Notes under the pieces: generated by a model
Told to the model about the DNA's origin: nothing
Databases searched by the model: none
The model's input: only the letters and a program-made list of their open reading frames with translations
Made by a program: the position numbers and the translations under genes
Origin: Psammoneis japonica
Taxonomy: Eukaryota
Assembly: GCA_008632985.1 (NCBI GenBank)
Contig: QPGO01000035.1
Coordinates: 49,899-113,898, forward strand
DNA length: 64,000 bases
Direction of reading: 5' to 3'
Shown here: one piece after another, positions 26,701 to 38,199 of the stretch
Layout: every line of letters starts with the position of its first letter
Position numbering within the stretch: the first letter of the stretch is position 1

Positions 26701-29700
26701 AAAGGGCCCTCAAATGCCTTTTCCTTGCAAAGCCAAAAATTTGTCATGGAGCTTGGGCATGAGCTTTGAGAGGGTGCAGTCCCTGTGCAGCTCATGTGAG
26801 ATCCCAGTCAAGGCCAGGGCAGAGACTGCCGGTTGCTGAGAGCAATCTCAAGTTCTGCTGCAAGATGATCACAAGGGGTGAGGTTGACTGCAAAGTCATC
26901 AGGGGAAGCAGATGTGTGGTTGAGAATGACTCCTTCAGATGGAGTGTGTCTGTTCCCATGCATCTGGCAGAAGCATGGCACCAGAGCTGACACCATCAAG
27001 AGCAATGCAGAACTTGTCAAAAGAGGTGTTGGGGGGCCACACCAGGCCAAGAGGAAGATCAAAGCATGGGGGCAGCAGGAAATCCTGGGGAGCAGTGCAG
27101 CATCACATGGAGGTGGCCTGTGCTGTGCACCAGGGTGGTTTTGCAACCCACTGCTTGATGCCATGGGACCTGCTTGGAGCCCAAAAGGACAACAAAGTCA
27201 GAGCCAAAACGGTGGCAAATCAGCAAATGGCACTGAACTTGGTGCTGCCACCCACAAGGCAAGATGGTGCTGACTGCAAAATGACCAAGCATTGAGTCCC
27301 TGACAAAACAGTCCCAAGGTCATGGGCTCCAATTCTTTTGCCAGAGCATCCTGAGCAAAAGACGCCACCGCAAACGGAAAAAGGGCAGATCAGGTGCTGG
27401 CACACCATGTGAGGCCAAGGCCACTGGCAGATGACTGTGACTTTGACAGAGAGACACCACAGCATCTCCTCATGCCACAACACTGGGGCCACTGACTGCA
27501 GAGTTGTCACAGGGTCAGAAAACAAAGGGGTCTCACCACCCAACAGCAACAGGACACAACAAAGTGGGTGCATGGCAGCACGCCACCAGAGGTGGAGGTG
27601 CTGTGGCTGCTGGCACAAGCACTGGGGGCACTGCAAAACATTGTGCCATCTGCTGCCACAGCCTGCACCCCACATGTGCTGAGACAATGGTGGTCAGACC
27701 ACTGGCATCCATGGCTGAGCTGCAAGCAACAGCAATGTCATCAGATGCCAATGCTGGCATGAAATCACCACAGCAGGAGACCAGAACAGCACCCCAGGAT
27801 GGAGCCAGTGCTGCTCATTGGGATGGCCAGAATGCTGATTGCCAGAAAGAAGGCACCAGATCCACAATGGAGAAAACAAACTGTGCCCAAAAAGAGACAC
27901 CAATGGCAGCACAGCAGCCGCTGCTGCCACCATGCTGGAGCATCCCCCCCACTGTGACTTGACATGGACATCAGAATGAAAGAGGAGAGGGCTCACAGAA
28001 CAAGAAAAAGTCACTCTCTGCTCATCAACATTTCATGCAACATTGTTGATGAAAAGAAAAAGCAAGGTTGCCATGGCTCATTCTGGTGCCTCACATTGCA
28101 TGCCGCTGCTTTTATGACAGCTCAACTGATGCACAAGCAGCCCACACACAGATGACCAGCACTCTCTCCCATTGGCCTCTAATCTGTGCTACATCAGCAT
28201 GGAATTTGTTCCTGGAAAAGATCTTTTCTTGCAAACTTCTTCTTTCACACAAGTGAAAAAAAGGCTCTTTGGGGGGTTGGTCAAACTTTGTCCATTTGCA
28301 AGACACTCTGCCAGGCAGAGTGCTTGCAGATGATGACTGCAGCAGATCATGGGGTCACAGCAAGTCAAAAGCTGGTTGTTGGCATTTCCTGGAAAGTTGC
28401 AGCTTGTCTCCCACAACAGCACCAACCCCAGCAGAAATTGGCAGTTTTGCCCACCCAAAGACTTGCCAAAGGTTGACAAGTGGCATTTGAAGCATCAAAT
28501 GTGCAGCTCTCATGGGGCCAGATGAACCCACCAGTGTTTGGGGGTGATTCAAGGCACATCAAAATGACACAAAGTGTGGGAAATGCGATCCATCCTTAAA
28601 AAGTTGCTGTGCCTTTAAGCATGTGCAGCATCAGAGAATGTCTGACCACTTTGCCCAAGGAACACACCACTCTGCAAGAAATTGGTCAAGACCACTGAGT
28701 GGAGTTCTTCACTTGCAGCTGTGAGTTGAGCCCAAACTTCAGCTTTCATGAAAAGCTGGTTGAGTCCAAGGTTTCTTTTCTCTGCAGTCAAGAAGCACAC
28801 CCTTCTTGGTGTGGTGAGTGTGTTGGTCTCTGGCTTGACCTTGTCCAACTTTGAGTGTGCCCAGATGGTAAACTCAGAGCAGACACAGTGCAAAAACAAT
28901 CACTGTTGCATCAGGCATTTAGAAATGACACATGCAGTGAAGAAAAGCACCCCACTCACAGTCCAGCACCTCATTGCAGGGTGCAAGCCAAGCCAGTGCA
29001 GTCACAAGAATGCACAAAGCAAAGCAAGTGACAAGCAAGGATAAAAAGAGAAGCCAGCTGTGAACATTTTTGCACAACAAGCCTTTTCAACAGCTTCAAG
29101 TGGAAAGTTGAGACACTGTCAACTGAGTTCAGTGCTGCAGGTTTGGCATCAACATTGTCATGACTCCTCCTTCCTTTGTGAACAAGAAGAGAACAGCAAA
29201 ACCTCAACTCCCCACCCCAACACCAATTTGCAGCCACTGGACAAGAGGTTCTTTGATTTCTTGCTGCTGCACAAAGCAATCTGGAAAGCACAATGGACAT
29301 TTCCAATCTTGCAGACCATGTGTTGTGGAGCATTGGATGAAGCCTGCCAGACAAATGGAGTGCAACCAAGTCAGGTCCATGGAGAACAGATGACATGCAA
29401 TTTGCTGCAAGCAACATGCCAGCACATTGGCAAAGCATGTGGTTCTCAAGGCCATTGTGTGCAAGACATCAGCTTTGCCATCACATGGTCAACTTGTGCA
29501 TTGGCTGTCATGTTGCGGTGCACAAACCACATGGTTTGGTCCTCCAAGAGCAGCCATCATGAAGTCAGCAATGGACATGTTGCCATCAGCATCTGTGCAG
29601 AACTCACAAAGCACATTTGAGCCCATTTCAGCACACCAACAAAAATGCCAGCTTCAGCCAAACATCCTCAAAGATGTCACATTGCATGAACTCAACAATG

Positions 29701-31100
29701 CCTCCACCAGATTGGCCTGTGCCAAAGCCAGAGCATGGATGGCAGCTCAGGTGGCCTGCCAACAGGTCTCTCACAATCTTTTGTGCTTTGGCACATTGAC
29801 TCTTTTTCAGCTCTGGAAAAAACACACACCTCAGAAACCACCACCAAATGCACAACAGAGCTCTTTCACTTTGTGAGACTCTGAAGCTGGGTGCCTCGCA
29901 ATTCTTCGTTGGGTGCTGCTCCCAGCTCAGGAATGGGCTCCCTTCCACTTGGGAAGATGTGCGGCACTGCCACCCAGACCTGTTTGGTCTGCATTCTCAA
30001 AAGTTGATCCACCCCAATGTCTTTAATCTGGAGATGCAACAATCATGGTGTGTGCAGCCAATCAACCAGACAGCTTGTTTTTGGGTCACAAGGCAGGGGA
30101 GCCTCAGCTGGCAATGTTTTTTCAGGCAGCATCTCTGTCTCAGCCTGTCCTTTCTCTGACAAGGAAAATTGAGTGTGATGACCACCGTTGCCATCAGCCA
30201 TGTGAAGAACATGTGCTGCAGTCTTGCCCTTCTGCAGAAGAAGCCTGGTTGTTGCAGAGAAGCAGCGCACAGCAGCAGAGTTGCTGGTGCCTGGTGCATG
30301 CCAACAACATTGCCTGGTTCCAAAAAAAACAATAAAACCACCCTAAAAACCAATCACATTTTGAGCAGAACCCATGTGTGGGTTGGGGGGCTGCACATCA
30401 TGTCCTTGATTTCATCATGCTCCAACTCAATGGTGATTTGGACATTGGCAAAAATTCCTTGAATCAATGGCACTGCAAATGGAGCAACCACAGTGTGAGA
30501 GGTGTGCTCTGAATTCTTGCCCTGCAGCAAAGCTTGCCATTCTGTGGACTCGTGTGACAAGTGCAAGAGACCTCACAAGATTTTGTGTGGTGCTTGCAAT
30601 GACGACAATCACTGGGAGTCTCAATGAAGACTTCATCAGTGTTTGCATTTCCACCACTGCAAACCCAAACCGAGCAGACAAAACCTTTTTCTCTTCGACA
30701 ATGCTCCCTGCAAGCACACCTTGGCAGCCTTTGTGGAGATTTGCACTTCAGGATGTAACCCAAGCTCCAATTTGGCTGTCAAGAACCCGATTGAGTCCGG
30801 AAAAGTGTCAAAGGTGAGTTTTGGCAGAGTTCTGTGATGTGATGGTGCTCGCACCTCAGTGGCGTTCAACAAAATGTTCCAAACGTTTTGCTCATTTAAG
30901 CAAACAAAACTTAGATTCTGGGAGCATGCATTGTTGCTCATTTTGGCTGCCAACAAAGAGACTGCATCCTTTCATTTGCCCTCCTTCAGATTGTGAGAAC
31001 TGCAGTTGGCGTGACACGCAGAACCGCAGCAGTGTGTGGTCGTTGAACAAGAGCCATGGTTGCGATCGGATCACGAGCTGACTTCCAAGTCAACACCGTA
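17800..31100. other. Highly degenerate repeat/transposon field depleted of both TpA and CpG and enriched in TG/CA
   Basis: TA and CG are very rare over ~13 kb. The many overlapping Cys/His/Gln-rich ORFs almost lack Tyr. Individual elements could not be identified by eye. Confidence 0.75.
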
Positions 31101-31297
31101 ACTGGCATGCATGGATGGATCATGGATCTATCTATCTATCGCTGTCTACTGCTCCAGCTCTCTACTCTAGAGGAGTGGCTCTCTCTAGAGTAGAAGCACA
31201 TCTACCGGCATCTGCGGTGCGACGTGTTGTCTGTCCTCTGGTCCTCCACCCTCATTCATTTTCAGTTGCAGTGTCATCGATCATCGCGCACCACATC

Positions 31298-31528
31298 CGA
31301 ATAAATCTCGATGCAACGAAAGAACAAGCACGATGCCTTAAGTCTAAATAGAAAGCAGCAACACTGTCAATGCGAACCTAAACCTGATTAGATTGTGAGC
31401 GTGTCGCTGCAGCACCACTCGATCCACACATCTCAACCAATCACCAATTGCAACATGGCCCTCCATCCAGATTTACTCGGTCCCCGCGAAACGGCAATGA
31501 CAATGCCGATTCGTCCAAACATGTAACA
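31298..31528 (-). repeat. 3' LTR of the copia element
   Basis: Starts with TG just after the PPT on the minus strand; 31298-31479 matches the other LTR with 9 substitutions. Confidence 0.85.
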
Positions 31529-31643
31529 TCCTCTCACAGAGAGGCAAACCACAAGAACCCAAATTAAACCACCAGATGTGCTGGCTTGGGAGGCCACGAT
31601 ACGTGGGCGCGAGCCACAGGTGCCTGGCCTTGGTGTCGGGACA

Positions 31644-33368
31644 TCACCAAAAAACACACGAGCAAAGCTTCCATCGCCGCTCTCCTGCAACCACCTTCGT
31701 AAGTAGATCGGCCAAGTTCGTTTCCGCATCCTCCTTGCCAACACGAACAATTCCCGCTGCGACCGCTTCTCGCACAACATGGCAGTTGATGGCATTGTGC
31801 TTCTTGTGCAAAACCGACTCGGGTGCACTTACATTCTTTACAACACCGCGATTGTCACAAAAGATGCTTGCCGGTCCTTCAAGGGGAACCCCAAACATGC
31901 GAAGCTTGTGACGCAAAGCAACAATCAATTCCTTACAAATCCGCATCGCAACCAATTCACTCCCAAACGTTGCCGATTCCACCGTGTTCTGCCGCTTGCT
32001 GAACCACACCACTGGCGCGTTGTTGACGAATGTCAGAATCCCGCCATGCGACCTGCGAGTGACAACATTCCCTGCATGGTTAGCATCAACAAATGCACAG
32101 ATGTTTGCCGGATTACCACGAGGCTTCGGTGCCCGTGGCGGCAGTTCCTCCTCGACGTCCCCGTAAAACTCGGTCCAGTCTGCGTTCAAATTGAAAATAG
32201 ATTCATCAATCACCGGTTCCTTTGGATCAAATCCGATGCATCCGACGTTCTGGTGTTTCTTCATGTGCGCAAATGCATGACACAATGCCTCAAGATGTCC
32301 TTTCCTCGGATTAGCTTGACATTGAGATGGGATTGAAACCTCATGCAAGACATCGATGCGACCCAACTCGATCGCCCAACGACAAATCCCCATCAGCTGC
32401 AAACACCTGTCCACCAAGTCGGGGCCTAACTCGTCCGTCACGTCCAGCTCCGGTTTGCATTTCGGGGGCAGTGGATCCTTTGCACTGTTCTTCAGAACCT
32501 CTCCATTGCTGTCTTCATCCAATGGGCCTTCCACAGTCTTGATCGTCGATTTGACACATGACCTCGGTGAACTCGCCCAGATTGTGCGCCCATCCTGAGT
32601 CTGAACCTTCTCAACGTTAGCTCCAAGATGAACTTCTGGTTCTCCTTCGCTGCCGGGCTTCACGGCACAGTGTTCACCTGTTGCAGTGACAATGGACTTC
32701 CCTTGATGGGAAATGATTGGTGTGTCATCGACATGAACCAAAAGCATTTCACAATGCTCGCGCCCATCCTCACGAGTCGCCGCACGCAAGTGGACATCTG
32801 GGTCCACTCTCGTCGATGCGAAGCCCAAGTCACGTAAGACCGATGACAGTGCAGACCTCCAAGAGCATCCCGAGCTCTTTAAGCCATGTGATGCCCGAGT
32901 GACAACAAGTGCCTTTCCTTCGCACTCGCCGCATTCCTTTCCACCTTCAAACCACATCTTTTCTGCGCACGGTGCATTGAGGTGAGCATTCTCCAGATCA
33001 ATCACCGTAATGTCGATGCCATTCAAGGCTGCCAACAAGAATCCAAGTCGCACACTGTCTCTGGAAACCACGCCAGAGCAAGTGATCGATGCCGGGGCCT
33101 CTGTCGTGTGTCCGCCAGCTGCAAACCTTGCCTTTCTGGTGAAATCCATTTTAATGTCGAATGCCATGTGGCACCTGATCTCCTGATGACCGCGCAAAGT
33201 TGCGCTCTTGCCTTCCCGGACGACTTGAGGGGTTTCAGCTTCGTGCTCGCGCCATGCCACCTTCACCTTTGCCATCTCCTTGTTGATTGCACGAGCCCAA
33301 CAATCTGTCCCCGTTTCCTGATCAATCTGCAAAGCGTCCTCCGTGGACTTGGGCAATCGGACCCCCAA
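31644..33368 (-). pseudogene. Copia reverse transcriptase / RNase H region
   Basis: FDIKMDFTRKARF.AGGH, VVSRDSVR, NA(Y>H)LNAP, (Y>H)GLKSSG, V(Y>H)VDD, FVDANHAG, WFSKRQNTVES.TFGSE, NLADLLTK. Only one Tyr in 574 aa. Confidence 0.9.
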
Positions 33369-35334
33369 ACTTGTGAGTCATGCGCCAGCACTTCTTCTTG
33401 ACCTTGGACACAACGCAATTCCGTTTGCGCAGGACATGTGTGACCCACCAAGCAAAAGCAGGTTCCTCCGTCAACCTGTTCGCAACAGCACACTCAGCAA
33501 CTTCAATGGGGTTGGAGTCCTTTAGATCTTTGAGTTTGACCCAAGATGAGCTGCCATCCTTCCATCCGACCAATGACTTCCATCCTTTTGTTGTGATCTT
33601 CTTCTTCTCCTTCCCGTCAGCGGTTTGTACGGTGCCGTCAGCAATTGACACCGCATGGGTCACTCCTCTCGTGGTCCTGCATCTCGTGTGAGATAGAACA
33701 CTGGTTGCCCTCGCTGTCGACCTGAGCAAACATGTTCTCGGCAATGACATTGGCTGCACACTTGTCTGTGGTTCCGTCGGTGTGTTCCACTTCGTGTTCG
33801 CGAGTGTCAAACAATGGGTTTTGATGCCGAGTCCCAATTGGATGCCCATCCTGTCCTCTTGCACGTTTCGTTACAACACCACGTCGCTCGCCGTCGGTTC
33901 CGATGTCAAACACAAGCTCCATTCCCAGGTGTTGATCGATTGCCTGCTCGTCGTTGTCGTCTGGTCATTCGTTGGGTGACAGCATGTTGCCATGTTCCTC
34001 GTCCTCTGGCGTGATGCTGCCCTCACATTCCACACCGAGGTTGCCGTCAATTGCAAGATCGTCCAACACGAATGCGGGTGCAGCTTCATCGCCCTTTAAG
34101 ACAAAGTCAGCATCGTCCAATCACTTCTCCAGCTGCTCATTAAAGTTGTCGACCTCAACGCGAATGTCCGGTTGCACCATGTCAGCCTGTGTCACGTGCT
34201 TGACCGATGTTTTGGAGACAATCTTCCTGCTTTCCGCAACAATCCAATGGCACATGTCCGAGCCAACTTTGTGTGAGACACCAAGCCACCGTCCAAGCCT
34301 TCGAGGATCGTCAGTTGCACTCAGCTTGTTGGGCCTGTCCCACCACCACACCATGTCGTGGAAACCAAAATCCAAATGCTCGCCCATCTCTGGTGTCTGC
34401 CCAGTGACCTCTTCATGTCCAGTCCTCTTGTCCCTGCCTCTTGCCATGCGCGACACTAATTCGACTCGCAAACAAGACCAAAATCCCACAATCGCTTTGG
34501 CACCTTCTTCTTCGTCATCCGCAGCCGCCAACATTTGGCTGAGAAACCAATTTCGCGCTCCGCTGCCTGGTTCTGGTTCTTCCGACCCTGCTCTGATGTT
34601 CTCAATTGCACTCTCATGCGTCGTGCGTGTCTCACAAATTCGGTGCTCCTTCCTGTGAACTCTCCTGCCCCGTCCGACATGAGACATTCTGGTGCACCCA
34701 TGTCGTCTGTGAATTCAACAAGAGACAAACCTGCCTCCGACCTGGCGGTCATCGGCACAACCTTCACGAATCTGCCCTGAGCACAAACATTGGCACACGT
34801 GTCACCGAGTGAAGACTTCACCTTGGATGTCAAAGTGTCAACAAACCATGTTCCTTTCAGACGCTTCCGATGCAAGTCAAGATGATCCACCCTCACTCTT
34901 CGTGACATCGGCTGGGTCGCCGTTCGCACACCGCGCTGAGTTGTTACATTGAGAGTGTCTTTTGCCGTTTCTAAACCGACACTCCATTTTCGGGCCAGCT
35001 CTTCAGCATCAACCTTCGAGTGCCGATCCTTGCTGCACAAATCTTTGACTGCCCTCTGCCTCTTGTCCACATCGTTGCGACATGTGCAAGCCACGTTCAC
35101 TGAGCTGATGAGCCTGTCGCAAAACGATTGAAGTTGACAGATGGGAGACACAGACGACAGTTGCATTTCGACCTCGCCCCAGCGTGCTGCTTGGGACTTT
35201 GCCTTCTCGCTCCTCAATTCCGAGACCTGTTCTTGTCGCATGCCAGAGGTTAATGATCGAACAGTGCGCATCTCCGCCTGCTCTCTAGTGCGCTCCGGTG
35301 AGCCCATGTCCATCTGTGCTGGATCCCATGTCAC
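33322..35334 (-). pseudogene. Copia integrase and linker region, frameshifted
   Basis: WFVDT...SDGAGE...EQGRKNQNQAAEREI DDE-like core; LGRWLGVSHKVGSDMC.W; TTKGW...WKDGSSSWV.LKDLKDSNPIEVAE, typical of diatom copia pol. Confidence 0.8.
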
Positions 35335-35870
35335 CTGTCAACAGCACAACCGGCAAGTTCTGCACTTCCCAATCCGTCGGAACACGAGACTTGAAAGACA
35401 CAATTGTCCCCGTGGTGTTGAAAGGGATGAAAGCTTCGTCAGCTTCAATGCCAAATCCGTTTCGGGTGTCGCAAGGGTTGTCATGTGCGGGCATGTTGCA
35501 CGCACGGAGTTGGTTAGGATTCAAAAGTGAGTGTTCCATGTCGGTCCCAAACCAGAGCATTTGATCACCAACCAGCAAATGTTCACGAGTCGTTTCCGGA
35601 TCTGTCCATGCGGTGCAACAACGTGCCACAGGAATCTGTTTGATCGGCTCACAAGAGTCCAGAAATGGATGTACCTCGCACACTTCATTTGTCATCTCCA
35701 TGAGCTTCCAGTTCGCCCCAGCGCAACAAGTGTCCGCGTGAGTGTCACATTCATTTCGAGCGACAAACCCAGGTGTCGTCAAATTTGTCATCTGTGCAGA
35801 ACTCGTCGATCGGATCACACGTTTTGATGTCACGGCAATGTGCCTCTTTGTCGCCTTTCCTTTGAAACGA
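35285..35870 (-). pseudogene. Copia aspartic protease region
   Basis: RNECDTHADTCCAGAN motif (diatom copia ELDSHADTCC-type) and SLLNPNQLR. Confidence 0.75.
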
Positions 35871-35974
35871 GACATTGGGTGGGGTTCAGTCAACAGCAAG
35901 AAGAGCAACACAAGCAAAAACGACAAGTGTGCCAAATGCGCCAATGCTCCAGCAGCTGTTGCCACCCCAAGGAG

Positions 35975-37565
35975 TCAGGTGGAACCATTGTAGGCTCCCT
36001 GACCGAAGGCGCATCCATTGCGTCCACCGCGATCCCGGTCAGCGCCGCGACCACGCCCGCTGCTCCTTTGCTCCTGATCCTGTTGTTGGGTTTGGCCTTG
36101 GCCATCTTGATGGACTTGGGCTTCAGCTGCATGCCTGCCGCCCCCATCGTGTCCTTGTCGACCTGCGGGAGACCCACGGCCACCACCGCGTCCATGACCC
36201 ATTCGTTCGCGAGCTTGGAACACGCAGCTCATGCCTCCGTTGCACTGTAACTTTTCCCATTCTTGAGCGCTAAAGCTCCTTGCAGGGTCGGATGCATCGA
36301 CTCCATTGATCATTGCAGTGTGGTCACCACCTCCACCTTGACGGCCACCACCGCATCCGCGTCCACCCCCACGTCCAAATCTTCCTCCGTGACCGCGACC
36401 TCGATAAAAACCGCGGCCACCGCGCCGCCACCACGGCTCATTTCAGAAATCTTGCGCTTCGAGCAGTGCCGGGCTTCCAACTGAGCACCTGCATGCAAAC
36501 GAGAGACTTTGGATGAGAAATGAGCACATGCCCCCACGAAGTCACGAGGGTGCTGACTGCCAATGACAGCCGTTGCTGCAACAAGACGAGTGTCATCCGT
36601 TCGGATCCCTTTTAGAAGAATGTCAACTTTCTGTCGTTCAGATTTGCGGTCGTCCGGTGATTTGTTCAAAGCAGCGAAAGCACTGGTGAGTTTCTCATTG
36701 AACTTTTCGAACGGGAGCGATCCTTCCTTTTTGTAAAACAAGGTTTCAATGGTTGCCGCAGCCAGATGGATGCACTTGCTCAACTCGCCCTGTCCATTGC
36801 AATGGTCAACCCATGCGTTGAATGCTCCACGTCCATCTTCTGTCGCGTCAAACGGTTCGATCCATGCCCATCCTGCCGTGTCGACCAAGTGTTCCTTCAA
36901 CATGCGGTGAACGCTGCGGTTGTCCTCGTCACATGTGGCGCCATTCAATGGCATCTGGCACATCGCTGTTGTTGAGCATCCGTGAATGCAGCCGGAGCTG
37001 GCATTGTCCTTGCAACATGGCGAAGGGGTTCTTTCAACACGCCAAATTTCTGTGCCAAGAGATTCAAGAAAGCATCTTCGCACACATCGAAGTCATCGGG
37101 CTCAAACTTTACGAGACCGCTTGCCGACGCGTCCGAATCCGTGCGCTCCTTTTCGATGCGCCTGCCATTCCAGGCCGCAGCCACAGCTGCTGCATTAAAG
37201 TCTGCCGCAACCAATGGCTGATTCCGTTTGAGCAAATCCTGGCACCACCATGCTAGCGCCTGTAAGTTCTTGATCTGAGTGGTCCCAAGAGTCACACGTC
37301 CGTCGGCCACCGTGCGACGAGACGCCCTCTGCGCCATGTCTTCCACATCGTGGTCACTCTCCATCACTGCGATGTTTTCCAAAGTCGCGAACCCTTCACA
37401 GAAGACCAACCTCGCCCTTGCGTTCTGGTCAGCAACACCACAAACTTGCAAAACTGCGTCAACGTCAGCTGCCGCGGCTGACGCCGCAAGTGCTGCTGCT
37501 GGTGCTGCCGCTGCTGCCATCCCATGACAGAGAAAGGGTGCAAAGGTCCCGCACCGGGAACACAC
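35975..37565 (-). pseudogene. Copia gag, frameshifted
   Basis: ORFs 36945..37565 and 36310..37083 (AWIEPFDATEDGRGAF, KVDILLKGI) plus a Gly/Arg-rich C-terminus, directly downstream of the 5' LTR/PBS. Confidence 0.75.
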
Positions 37566-37979
37566 AGCTGTGAGTCTGCATGGTCATGATGGCGCACTTT
37601 CTCTGTGTTGTGATGACGGGTTCACACAGCCACCCGACGTCAGGGTGATCAGTCCTGTGTCGTTCATGTCAACCGACATCATTGAGCACACGCTCGGGCA
37701 TGTCGCCCAATGCCGCAGTCCCTTCACACCCGTTGCACATGTGAGGATAGTGACTGTCTTTGCGAGTGTTACCATTGCAAGCTGTTTTTGTGGATGTTAT
37801 AATGAGCGACACGAGACGCATCATCGTGCGCATCAATCCGAATTCTGATGCATCGCGCACAGTTCAGCACCGTTTCTACAGCTGCACGTTCCATGCAAAC
37901 AACACAACAAACAATCGTCCATGACGAATTGTATTCGAAACCATTTCGCTCTGTCTTTTTCGTCTTGGCTCTGACAAAG

Positions 37980-38161
37980 CGAATAAATCTCGATGCAACG
38001 AAAGAACAAGCACGATACCTTAAGTCTAAATAGAAAGTAGTAACACTGTCAATGCGAACCTAAACCTGATTAGATTGTGAGCGTGTCGCTGCAGCACCAC
38101 TCGATCCATATATCTTAACCAATCACCAATTATAACATAGCCCTCCATCCAGATTTACTCG
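37980..38161 (-). repeat. 5' LTR of the copia element (lacks ~49 bp present at the start of the 3' LTR)
   Basis: Ungapped match to 31298-31479. Confidence 0.85.
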
Positions 38162-38199
38162 ATGGGACAGTACACAGGGAAAAATCTATCGAGAAAAGA

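Larger units (their letters stand above)
31298..38161 (-). mobile_element. Near full-length Ty1/copia (CoDi-like) LTR retrotransposon, ~6.9 kb
   Basis: 182-bp direct repeats at 31298-31479 and 37980-38161; gag-PR-IN-RT-RNaseH order on the minus strand; PPT-like gagagga followed by TGTTACA at ~31535-31522; PBS-like tttgtcagagcc at ~37978-37967. Confidence 0.92.

Noticed and set aside
17800..31100. Dozens of Cys/His-rich ORFs as metal-binding or toxin-like peptides
   Set aside because: Artefact of TG/CA enrichment and loss of TAA/TAG stops; they overlap in all six frames.
1..38161. Alternative genetic code or RNA editing explaining Tyr->His/Cys
   Set aside because: Host genes use Tyr normally, the two LTRs differ at DNA level, and both strands and non-coding/TIR DNA are affected.
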